Below, in pieces: positions 36,452 to 46,165 of a stretch of 64,000 nt of DNA; the first letter of the stretch is position 1, and every line of letters begins with the position of its first letter. Origin of the DNA: an uncultured Candidatus Poseidoniales archaeon (lineage in GTDB: Archaea > Thermoplasmatota > Poseidoniia > Poseidoniales > Poseidoniaceae); assembly GCA_964014545.1 (NCBI GenBank), contig CAXGZX010000002.1, positions 521 to 64,520 on the forward strand, in the 5' to 3' direction. The notes beneath the pieces were generated by a model that did not search any database, was not told the DNA's origin, and was given only the letters and a program-made list of their open reading frames with translations. The translations under genes and the position numbers were made by a program.

Positions 36452-39400
36452 TCAGAATCTATTTGTTCCCTTGTTACGGGCAACCTTGGTTCCACCATAT
36501 CCTACAAGTAATGTAAGAACAATAATTACCACCATGAACCAAGATGATGTACCTTCAGCTTGGTCAAGAATTGTTTCTTCTTGGTAATCAAATGGTTCGA
36601 TTGAATCCTCGACATATTCTAGGTCGTCATCTGAAGTTACTTCAACACTAATTGCAAATCGGTTAAATTTAGACGATGATGGATCAACATCAAATGTTGC
36701 ATTTACCGTCTGTCCGGCAGGGATTGAAATATTCAATGATTCTAATGTCTTGATTACTTCGGTACCAGCATCATTGGTCAAGTCAACAGCAACAAGCACA
36801 TTGGTGGCAGTACGGTAACCAGAATTAGTAATCGGCACTATGACTTGCCCTGTTTCACTCTCATACACCTTGGTTAACTCTTGAGAAAGAGTTTCATCAA
36901 CGGATAGAGAAATTCTCGCTGAAACGATTTCAACTACCACTGTTTCAGAAGTCAAGCCATCTTCACTAGTAATAGTAACTGTAGCTTCTATTTCTCCAGA
37001 GGTAAAGTCTTCTGGTGCAAAGATCGAAAATTGTTGAGTTCTTTGGTCATCCTTAGAGATAATCAAATTAGTTGATGGAGGTGTTATTGTCCAGCCTTCC
37101 AATAAATTATCTGCTATCTCAATTGCATAGGTGTCATCACCATTACCGGAATTTTCAATTGTCATAGAAAAGGTTCCAGTGCCACCAGGTGAAACACCAG
37201 TCTGTTCAACGATATTTGATAATTCGAAGCCATAGAATTGAGGAACATTAACAATGAATTCAACATTACTAGATTCGCCTTGTTCACTACTTACATCAAT
37301 TGATAACTTGTGTCCATCATCTAGACTGATTGATTCACTCATATTTGGCAGCAGTACTCTTGCTTGCAAAATCGTAGTGTTGTCAATCGAATCGGTAGAA
37401 GCATTGAACACTGCATCTCCTACTCCGAGGTCAATTTGAATAGAGTCAACCCAATCAGTGCCGTTGTAGAATTCTATTGACCAAAGTTGTGAATCTTGTG
37501 AGGAAGCAACAGTACCTGAAACCTCAAGCAGATCACTTCTTTCAGTACCAAGATAATCAACTTGTACATCAAACTCTATGTTTTTGTATGACTCATCATC
37601 AGTCTGTGCATTTAGTACAGAGGTTTCAATATAAGTTACATTCCTTAGCGTATCCTCTAGTATTGTTATTTGTGTATCTGAATTAATCTTTCTAGTATAT
37701 TCTAGAACAAGTTCTGTGATACCTTGCTCAATAGAACTTAACCCAGTAGTCGAATAGTTCATTTCCAAACTTTGATGATGTTGATTTGTGGTGAATTCAG
37801 AGGTTATTCTTGCATCCCCAATAGGCAATAATATTTTGGCTTCTCCATCTGCATCAAAGGTTAAATCCCATTTTGCACCAACAAAGACATCTACAACCAT
37901 AACAACTGGAGAGTTTGTGATTATATCTTCACCAGTTGCAAAACCATTGTCTCCAGCATGATATTGATTCAATTCTATATCAGTCCATAGGGTATTTATT
38001 TCTAACCATCCGCCAGATTTCATTTCTAGAGTTATTTCGCCGCCATCAAACACATTAGCATCTAAGTATCCAATAGCAATTCCTCCACCATTTTCGTTGG
38101 TATTTTGGCTTTCAACAACTACGATCCAATTTCCTGGGGTCAATGTAGTGTCCCAAGATAACTCACTATTTTCATATGTACCAGTTAGAGAGATCGCAGA
38201 TAATTGGTTATCTGTTTCAGGGTACAAGGTTATCGATGAACCGTCTAGTTGTAATTCAGCATCAGGCATATTTGTGGTAACCAATCCAGATACGGCAACA
38301 CTGCTGGCAGTGATTTGATGAGACTCTACTATTGCTTCATCTTCTACGATTAGATTAGAGCTGTTAGTGCTGTTGTAATAGGTTGTAACATATCCAGATT
38401 TCTCCATGGATACATTAAGTTCAGTTCTTATCGGGACAAATGTGGACCACAAGCCATTAACGTCTGTGGCTACAGTTTCATTGATTGTTTCATCAGCACT
38501 AGTAATCACAACACTAACATTTTCAACATATTCGTTTGGAGTTGCAGAATTATCTAGATTAATATCCCAGTAAACTCTACCACCAATTTGCACACTTACA
38601 TCAGCATATATTGATTCTAAGTGTAATTCGTTGTCAATAATATTTTCAGATAATATTTGTTGGTCATCTTGTATTATCCATTGTCGGTCATCAGAAATTT
38701 GCTCCAATACCAAAGAATAATTACCAGGCATTAACATGTCATAAACATAACCAGTTGAGTTAGATGGTTGTAATGTTATGTTGCCAAACCCATCGTTACT
38801 AACAGCAGTGACCCTAGCATCAGCAATTGGGTTATCTGTAAGGTTCTCTGTTAGATTGAAGCTTACTTCCATAGCTGGAACTAAATTAAGTTCCATGTTT
38901 ACCCTATTAACGCTAGAAGAGTCAATCATTAGAGGAGCCCTTAGAAGGTAAGTTTCATTCTCAACAACCTTTGGTGCAACAATAATTACCCAATCACCTG
39001 CTGGTACGTAGCCGGCAAAGGTTCCATTTTCTTGGGTAACTAAACTCCTCCATGCATTATCATTTTCGTTGTACAAGAGGAATTCAAGGTTTTCCGCTCC
39101 AACATCATTTTGCAGTAATTCACCAGAGACCAACCATTCGTTTGAAAACGTGATGTTGTAATTGGTAACTGAATCTTCTCTGAAGTCCACGAAAATTTGT
39201 GTTGTTTGGAAAAATTGGTTAAAATCAGAGGAGTAATCATCACTATCGTAGTCAGTAATTGACAGTAAATACGATCCTGGCCTAACGCTTACTTTGTAAT
39301 CCCCATTTTCGATGACTTGATTTGTGCTGTTAATATAGTAAGTATCTTGAGTGAATATGGTTGGTATTAGCGAGAAATTACTGAATACTGATAGTCCATC

Positions 39401-42400
39401 CTCACATGTATCATTGGCAGATACACAAACAGATACTGTGATATCGACTAATTGCGGATTAGCGACTAGTTCAAATGTAGTTGAGACACCATTATCAGAA
39501 ATGTTTGCCCCAGTTATGCTAGTAAAGTTGAATTCATCGTCAACAAATATATCATAATTGTCATTTGCCACATTGAACACAAAACTTCCGTCGTCTTCTG
39601 AAGGTATTGTCCATTCAAATCCAGACGAGTCTTTAGCGACTACAACAGGATTGTAGCCATCATAGAACTCTGCGTTCCATTGAGTTTTGTTATCATAAGT
39701 AAACAAGGCACCTTGGACAGTTGTTGTTTCCTTGAGATATTGATTAGACAAATCATAATCTGTCACATTTTCTGGTGAGAAATCAATACCAAGTCCATGA
39801 GTAAGTGTTGTCGAGTAGGCAATTAATTGATATTCTCTGTCACCCGGAACTAGCAGGGAAAAGTTGCCATCGTTATCTGTTGAGACAGAATAGCTAAACT
39901 CTTCGCTTTGTATCTTGAACGCAAGGTTTTGTGCAATTACTGAATTATCAATCCGATCAGTAGAACTCCATGTTTCATTAAATTCTGAGGTATAAGCCCT
40001 GAGATTTCCAGTCAATGTGGTTGCTATTGAAAACGGTGCATCTAGTGTTAAATTATCTTCACTGACGGCAAATGTAGTAAATATGACATATGATTCTGAG
40101 TTTTCATCAGTTAACTCATAATTACCTGGGATGAGTTCTAAGCTTACTACTCCATTATCGTCGGTGGTATATTGCTGACTGAAGAAAATCTCACTTGAAG
40201 ATATAGTAATATTTCTATTGGATAGATTCAACAATTCTTCCCCGTCCCCATCTATTGGAGAAACTAACTGTATGTCTACATCAAACATTTCAGGAATAAT
40301 ACTGATTGGCGAAATCACTCCAGCATCTGTTGTAACAGTTACAACATCTTGAATTTCGTTGTATCCATCACCGTCCATATCTATTCTAAACGAATATGCA
40401 CCTGGATGTAATGGGCCGAAGTAATATCCACCTGTTTCATTGGACTTGATTTCAATCTCGGAAGCATTCTCTTCGTTGACATTTTCGAAGAATATCGATA
40501 AATCAGTAATTGGGCTTCCAGTTGAATCTGTCACATTTCCTGCGATTAATGATCCTGGCATGTTCAGAGTTACACCGAAGGAAGGATCAATTCCCACAGA
40601 TACAGTGTCGGGTAATTCTACCTCACTGCCGTCATCAAACATTACTAAGGCTTGATATTCTCCTGGCACTATTCCTGTTTGGTAGAATGAACCTGGGCTA
40701 ACCATTTCTCCTGAGAAATGTCCAGAGCCGACGAATCTTCCTGTTCCATTGAATATTCCAGTCCCTTCAAAGAAACCAATGCCTTCGAAAGAAGCACCAT
40801 TGTGTTCCTGAATTAGGATTGTTTCTCCAGCAGAGGTAAATCTTCCATTAGCATTCACAAGACCATCAATTAGGTAAACAGGTAAATCTCCAGTATTATC
40901 AATCAAACATACTGTTTCATTTTCAGGCATAGTGGTCACCGATGAATCGTTAGCGTCAACATCACAATTGACGTTAAATCCATCATTAAGGTCAATCCAA
41001 GATGCTGTCAATTCCCCAGTACCGTTCCATGAACCGTTTGCGATGTAGGTTCTTCCGTCGCCGATAGATCTAGTAAATGTACCAACAAAGTTGACTACTG
41101 ATGCCAAACCATTTGATTCAAATGTTCCATTTTCGTCAAATACGGCTTCACCAGTACCCTGTAAAATTCTAGTTTCTTCTGTAGAGAATGAACCGTTAGT
41201 AGTGACCAGTAGCATATCATCAGAGGCTTGGTGAACGTTAACCAGTTTGATAGTTGTGTCAACAATTGCATCACCATCAAATGATTCATCACCAGTCCAA
41301 GTTAGTTGGCCGGATATACCGCTGCTGTCAACTTGAATGTTCATAGAATCGGTAAATTCAGCAGTTCTGTTAGCCTGCTCACCTGTGACATTCATTACTG
41401 AATCGCCTAACCAAGTCATGTTTGCTACGTTACCAAGTACAGCAGTAACAGGGAATATAGTTCTTGCAGTTTCGTCTGGTAGACAAACATTGTATTGAGA
41501 ATTGTATGACTCATATGAATCACAAAGCATGTCGCCCCAATTTTGCATGTAACTTCCGTCACTAATTGATGTCCTTGCAGGTTCAGCATCAAAGGTCCCC
41601 ACAAAAGCACTGACTCTTATCTTACCCGCTGGTGCGGTAAAAGACCAATCACCATTTGCATCGGCATCGGTATAACCGATTGGAATCCAATATGTATCCT
41701 CGTCCAAGTCTTCAGCACCTTCGCCAGAGTAAGCATCTCTCTCGATTAGTAGCCTGACACCAGGAACTGGGTTACCATCATCACTCATAGTCACTTGACC
41801 ACTGATTTCGGCGCCAGAGTAATATTTCATTATCTTAACATAGGTGTTAGCTCTGAAGGTTGTATCATTTGCATCTTCACTGTACCAGTTAGATATGACA
41901 AAGTGATTCATCATAGCGCCAGGCATAGGCAATGCATTTTGTAAGATTGACCCCGGAGTTCCACCGATACCGAAGTGCTGAGCCGGCTGTGGGTTCGAGA
42001 ATTCTGTATTCACACCAAGCGAAGATGCACCATACCCAACGTAAGTCCTTGCCAGCATAGTGTCAAAGAATGCAGGGTTGTGGTCTACTCTGACATCTTG
42101 AACCAATAGCGGATCGATTTCCAATCCGGCTTGTTGATCAAGGAAGTCATTTACCATCGCTTCATCTACTTCTTCTCTTGTCATCTCAAAGCTTCTGTCA
42201 CCTCTAGAGGTTTCATAGGTCTCATCCATGAAGGTTGAAATATCTTGGCCGCTCAAAATAGTTGGTGCACCGAAAATACCCATAGGTTGTTCGCCGTTAT
42301 ATGCTGCATCAGCAGTATAACGACCGGCTCTAGGGTACAGTCTGTTGTCGATGGCAAAGTATCTAATTTCGTGATCTCTTTCAACCATATCACCTGGAAG

Positions 42401-45400
42401 ACCTTCATAATCTTGAACTTTGTAATAACCTTCCATGCCAATTAAGTCATCATATAGATTTACTATCTCTGGTTCTGTCATAATATCGTTTAGCAATTGA
42501 ACGGTTAATGCTAATCTTGTATTTGCTCGGTGAATGTGAGTTGATACTGAATCAAATTCATCTCGCAAGTCGTTGGTGTACCAGTAATCTCCAAAGATGT
42601 AATGTGTGGTTTTGTAACTGGATTCTTGGCCAGATCTCACGTTGCTATTGAATGTGGAGTTTGCATCTGAAAAATCACTGTAATCTCCATCGACGCATGA
42701 AGTAGAAACTTCTGGGTCACAATCAACTTTTTCACCGTCTTGATATAGTCGGTAGTAAAGAGTACTCGTATCAGCAATCCCGTCAACTCTATGATAACCA
42801 CTAGCCATTACATTTTCACTATTCGCTTGAATCTGTGATGCCTCGTTGGTTTGAATTACGGTAAAAGCATAATCATCAATTATACTACGCATTTTATCGT
42901 TGTCACCCTCTTCTTGGATGGTTTCAAACAATTCATATTGTTCAGAATCCATATGTCTTTCAACTATGTTTGAAAACCCTGAAGTTAGTTCATAGTCATC
43001 GGTGTTAAGTTGATTATACCGCAAGTCTCCGGTGGCTAGTTGCCATGTAAACATGGAGATTAAGTCTGCTTGATTTCTAGCTAACAGCATGTTACCCGAT
43101 GCAGGAATACCTGACTGGAAGTTGTCAGAAACAGATGGATGTTGACCGGTATCAAGGGCTTGGAAACCATAATCCCACCATGAGACAAATGCAGGTCTTT
43201 GAGAATAATCCATTTGAGCATCTTGCTGGGTCATCCAGTCATAGGCACTATTCCAGCCATAGTCATTAAATCCAGAACCAAATGATCCAAGATACTTGTT
43301 ACCTGAATATGCACTGCTATCCAAAACCGAGAATCCTGCCAATTCCCATCTTAGAGCGTCAGGAATGAGATTGTAAATAGTTTCATCGAGATCATCTTCA
43401 CTATCATCTGTTCCGGGTATTGCAGAATCTAATCCGTAAGTAAATTGTTGTCCACCTACTAGCAAAATGATCAACAATATGGCAGAGAAAGAAGGAGTCC
43501 TCCATACTGCTTTTCTAGCACCAGCAATTCTGTCTGCTGGAGTCCTGATTCCGAATTTTTTCCACGCCTTTACCAAACCACGGAAATTAGCTTTATCCCA
43601 TAGTGCGACTATTCCCCATGCACCAAGTACTGCTACTGCAGGTGTTGCGTTAAACATGAATCTTGCAGCAGTCCAAGACATGTAGGTAGCGGTAAAAATC
43701 CATATTCCAAAGAACAGGTGTGATTGATTTTTATTTCTAAATGTCGACCAAAGTGCATAGAATCCCATGGCTAGTGCAAGTACCAATACAATAGGTCCCA
43801 ACTGGGCAAATAACTGACCACGTGCTGGTGGATTAGCCTCAGCAACTGTTCCAAAAATCTTGGTCTTACTGAAATATCCACTTCCTGTGAACAGAACATC
43901 CCATGCATTGCTAAATTCTAGTTGCTTCAAAACAAACAATATGGCAAAGAATACGGTTGCTGCCACAAAGAGGGTCCCCAAAACAAGTAACCATGGCTTG
44001 TCTCTAAATCCGGTGGTAACGTATGCAATCGCTAATGTGAATCCTAGGACGAACAAGAATGGTTGTAATCCAGTGCCATCTAAAACAAGGTTCATTTGCG
44101 GGTGTGCATAGAATGGTAATGCCATTAGAAGATTGGCAAATAACATTGCTAAGAACAACGAATTGAGTGAGGTGGAATCTTTTCTGCGGAACATGTTGAG
44201 GGCTACCTGAGCGAAGTATGCCAAGAATAGTATGCTTGGACCGACAACGAAACCTTTCCAAGCCAACGAGGCGATACCAAAGGAAACACCAGCAAGTACG
44301 GCAAATGCCATAGCAGGCCTACGCTCTCTTGCTATTACTCCATAAGAGTTCAAAATCGATGTGATTCTTGGCGAAGAGGTTCTAGTTAAACGATCATTGC
44401 TAGAATACTTGATGGCTTTGAACCAAAACATGAATCCCATTGAAATGAATAGCATTACAAAGGCATCGTGGTCTGCAAGCGCCCAGGTGGAGTGAGAAAC
44501 GTGAGCTGGCATGAAGGCAATTAACCAAGCAGCCACTACTCCGGTAGACTTGCCGAAGTTGTCCTTGGCAATGGTAGCAATTGGGAATATGGTAAGTGCA
44601 CCGTATATTGCTGGTAGTCCTAGTATAGCATACCAAACTGCGTCATTACCAAGCATTGGTTCCAGAATCATTGCCAATAGGGCAATTGACCAGGTAAACA
44701 ACGGTGGACGTGGATTGACACCACCTAGTGGATAAGCACGATCTGCGTCAAAAATCAGGTGTGCATTATTTGCTAGAATATAATCAACAACACGCTTCAT
44801 GTACCATGGGTCAGACCCTCCAGTCATATCCCAGTCACCAGTTCCAACAGCGTTCATTGACGGAACAATGTACCATTGAATTCTGATTACCAGTCCGAAA
44901 AAGAAAGCCATACCGATCATCAAACTAGACCAGTGAGCATCCCAGAATTTTCTAGCGCCACTGACTTCATGATCATCTAAGTTTGCCCAGCCACCGTATT
45001 TCTCGTGTGTTGAAATCATGTATATTCCAACACAAATAAAGAACGTGAAACCAAGCCAAATTAGTGAGCCCCAAGTACCTTCAAGTTGCTCAGACTCCCA
45101 AATTCCTGCTTCGTACCATGCAGACACTAAGTATAGTGCCCACATTGAACCAATAAACATTGAACGAGTATACCACTTTTCTGCTGCCATTCCAGCAACG
45201 ACCATCGCCACCATACCGGTAAAGAAAGCACCCCAGAAGCCAAAATGACCGTGATAGCCGTCTGCGTCTGTGACGCCCAGTTTATCTGCCATAGAGACCG
45301 CATCAAAATGATACAGGCTACCGACATGTGCTAGAATCCAAACTGCTGCAGCGATTTGCAATGGTAGAGTTGATTTGTTGTAAGATCCTTCATGTTGTGC

Positions 45401-46030
45401 AATCTTAGAGAACCAACCATCTTCTCCAGCAGGGTTTAATGTGCCTCTAGAGAGTACTGCTGCGAGTAAACCAAGGACAACAAATATTGTCAAATAACTG
45501 AAAAATACGTAGCCTAATGCTTGCCTTTGGAGGTTTAGTGTGTCTTTTAACGAACCATCTGCAAAGGTATACAGAGTATCTAAATCGCTGTTGTATGAAC
45601 CAACAGCAACCATACCGACATTAATTCCCATAACAGCAAATGTAAGCATTGTAGCAAATTCATGACGTCCTCTTGAATCAAACAAAAATACACCAAAGGC
45701 AACTACTAGAAATTGTAGAGCCACAAATGCACCTTGGTCAGTCAAGTGAGTAATAGCTTGATGACCAACCATTGCTGCACCCAATGTTGCTAGAGAAAGA
45801 ACCGAGGAAGAGAGTTTTACGGCACCATTATCTCTGACAACTCTTGGGGTGATACCCAAGGTAGCCGCTACTGCAACAAGCAGCATCGGTGTCATGTTTT
45901 CTAGGTTTAGGTCGAAGTCAAATCCAGCGACCATAATTGCTGCGATTGCCAGCATTACTGCAAGGGGCGCAATTAGCCACCCAAGCATTGGTGCTGGAGA
46001 GTTTCGCAATGTTGTTGTTTTCTCTTCCAT
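36452..46030 (-). CDS. aglB: Giant (3192 aa) dolichyl-phosphooligosaccharide-protein glycotransferase AglB/STT3 fused to an N-terminal polytopic extension and a huge extracellular repeat region
   Basis: Catalytic WWDYG (PAFVSWWDYGFQ, nt 43166-43180) followed by SDNFQSG. EL1 motif GGSDPWYMKRVVDYIL..DADRAYPLGGVNPRPPLFTW. More than 20 hydrophobic helices in the first ~950 aa. About 2200 aa of beta-sandwich-like repeats follow (PGEYQALV, PGAYSFRI, PGNYELT, PGSYLLSI, PGNYSLVL), ending in a C-terminal TM helix WFMVVIIVLTLLVGYGG. GAGGG-A8-ATG start context. Confidence 0.85.
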   Translation of the reverse strand: MEEKTTTLRNSPAPMLGWLIAPLAVMLAIAAIMVAGFDFDLNLENMTPMLLVAVAATLGITPRVVRDNGAVKLSSSVLSLATLGAAMVGHQAITHLTDQGAFVALQFLVVAFGVFLFDSRGRHEFATMLTFAVMGINVGMVAVGSYNSDLDTLYTFADGSLKDTLNLQRQALGYVFFSYLTIFVVLGLLAAVLSRGTLNPAGEDGWFSKIAQHEGSYNKSTLPLQIAAAVWILAHVGSLYHFDAVSMADKLGVTDADGYHGHFGFWGAFFTGMVAMVVAGMAAEKWYTRSMFIGSMWALYLVSAWYEAGIWESEQLEGTWGSLIWLGFTFFICVGIYMISTHEKYGGWANLDDHEVSGARKFWDAHWSSLMIGMAFFFGLVIRIQWYIVPSMNAVGTGDWDMTGGSDPWYMKRVVDYILANNAHLIFDADRAYPLGGVNPRPPLFTWSIALLAMILEPMLGNDAVWYAILGLPAIYGALTIFPIATIAKDNFGKSTGVVAAWLIAFMPAHVSHSTWALADHDAFVMLFISMGFMFWFKAIKYSSNDRLTRTSSPRITSILNSYGVIARERRPAMAFAVLAGVSFGIASLAWKGFVVGPSILFLAYFAQVALNMFRRKDSTSLNSLFLAMLFANLLMALPFYAHPQMNLVLDGTGLQPFLFVLGFTLAIAYVTTGFRDKPWLLVLGTLFVAATVFFAILFVLKQLEFSNAWDVLFTGSGYFSKTKIFGTVAEANPPARGQLFAQLGPIVLVLALAMGFYALWSTFRNKNQSHLFFGIWIFTATYMSWTAARFMFNATPAVAVLGAWGIVALWDKANFRGLVKAWKKFGIRTPADRIAGARKAVWRTPSFSAILLIILLVGGQQFTYGLDSAIPGTDDSEDDLDETIYNLIPDALRWELAGFSVLDSSAYSGNKYLGSFGSGFNDYGWNSAYDWMTQQDAQMDYSQRPAFVSWWDYGFQALDTGQHPSVSDNFQSGIPASGNMLLARNQADLISMFTWQLATGDLRYNQLNTDDYELTSGFSNIVERHMDSEQYELFETIQEEGDNDKMRSIIDDYAFTVIQTNEASQIQANSENVMASGYHRVDGIADTSTLYYRLYQDGEKVDCDPEVSTSCVDGDYSDFSDANSTFNSNVRSGQESSYKTTHYIFGDYWYTNDLRDEFDSVSTHIHRANTRLALTVQLLNDIMTEPEIVNLYDDLIGMEGYYKVQDYEGLPGDMVERDHEIRYFAIDNRLYPRAGRYTADAAYNGEQPMGIFGAPTILSGQDISTFMDETYETSRGDRSFEMTREEVDEAMVNDFLDQQAGLEIDPLLVQDVRVDHNPAFFDTMLARTYVGYGASSLGVNTEFSNPQPAQHFGIGGTPGSILQNALPMPGAMMNHFVISNWYSEDANDTTFRANTYVKIMKYYSGAEISGQVTMSDDGNPVPGVRLLIERDAYSGEGAEDLDEDTYWIPIGYTDADANGDWSFTAPAGKIRVSAFVGTFDAEPARTSISDGSYMQNWGDMLCDSYESYNSQYNVCLPDETARTIFPVTAVLGNVANMTWLGDSVMNVTGEQANRTAEFTDSMNIQVDSSGISGQLTWTGDESFDGDAIVDTTIKLVNVHQASDDMLLVTTNGSFSTEETRILQGTGEAVFDENGTFESNGLASVVNFVGTFTRSIGDGRTYIANGSWNGTGELTASWIDLNDGFNVNCDVDANDSSVTTMPENETVCLIDNTGDLPVYLIDGLVNANGRFTSAGETILIQEHNGASFEGIGFFEGTGIFNGTGRFVGSGHFSGEMVSPGSFYQTGIVPGEYQALVMFDDGSEVELPDTVSVGIDPSFGVTLNMPGSLIAGNVTDSTGSPITDLSIFFENVNEENASEIEIKSNETGGYYFGPLHPGAYSFRIDMDGDGYNEIQDVVTVTTDAGVISPISIIPEMFDVDIQLVSPIDGDGEELLNLSNRNITISSSEIFFSQQYTTDDNGVVSLELIPGNYELTDENSESYVIFTTFAVSEDNLTLDAPFSIATTLTGNLRAYTSEFNETWSSTDRIDNSVIAQNLAFKIQSEEFSYSVSTDNDGNFSLLVPGDREYQLIAYSTTLTHGLGIDFSPENVTDYDLSNQYLKETTTVQGALFTYDNKTQWNAEFYDGYNPVVVAKDSSGFEWTIPSEDDGSFVFNVANDNYDIFVDDEFNFTSITGANISDNGVSTTFELVANPQLVDITVSVCVSANDTCEDGLSVFSNFSLIPTIFTQDTYYINSTNQVIENGDYKVSVRPGSYLLSITDYDSDDYSSDFNQFFQTTQIFVDFREDSVTNYNITFSNEWLVSGELLQNDVGAENLEFLLYNENDNAWRSLVTQENGTFAGYVPAGDWVIIVAPKVVENETYLLRAPLMIDSSSVNRVNMELNLVPAMEVSFNLTENLTDNPIADARVTAVSNDGFGNITLQPSNSTGYVYDMLMPGNYSLVLEQISDDRQWIIQDDQQILSENIIDNELHLESIYADVSVQIGGRVYWDINLDNSATPNEYVENVSVVITSADETINETVATDVNGLWSTFVPIRTELNVSMEKSGYVTTYYNSTNSSNLIVEDEAIVESHQITASSVAVSGLVTTNMPDAELQLDGSSITLYPETDNQLSAISLTGTYENSELSWDTTLTPGNWIVVVESQNTNENGGGIAIGYLDANVFDGGEITLEMKSGGWLEINTLWTDIELNQYHAGDNGFATGEDIITNSPVVMVVDVFVGAKWDLTFDADGEAKILLPIGDARITSEFTTNQHHQSLEMNYSTTGLSSIEQGITELVLEYTRKINSDTQITILEDTLRNVTYIETSVLNAQTDDESYKNIEFDVQVDYLGTERSDLLEVSGTVASSQDSQLWSIEFYNGTDWVDSIQIDLGVGDAVFNASTDSIDNTTILQARVLLPNMSESISLDDGHKLSIDVSSEQGESSNVEFIVNVPQFYGFELSNIVEQTGVSPGGTGTFSMTIENSGNGDDTYAIEIADNLLEGWTITPPSTNLIISKDDQRTQQFSIFAPEDFTSGEIEATVTITSEDGLTSETVVVEIVSARISLSVDETLSQELTKVYESETGQVIVPITNSGYRTATNVLVAVDLTNDAGTEVIKTLESLNISIPAGQTVNATFDVDPSSSKFNRFAISVEVTSDDDLEYVEDSIEPFDYQEETILDQAEGTSSWFMVVIIVLTLLVGYGGTKVARNKGTNRF

Positions 46031-46165
46031 TTTTTTTCCCTCATCGGTGTTTCGCGACAGCCGTAAGGCTGGAGCAACTTGCCCACTTTAGAACCTCTTT
46101 TAATAGTGACGCACGATAGAAGTTTTATCTTTGACTCAGTATAGCGTTTATCCTAAGAAAACAAG

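Noticed and set aside
36452-46030. The 9.6-kb aglB ORF as an assembly chimera or fused-gene artefact.
   Set aside because: The frame is open throughout. The STT3 external domain flows directly into the repeats with no SD/start signature at the junction, and the protein ends with a sensible TM anchor. This still needs read-level confirmation and is listed as a check in the finding.
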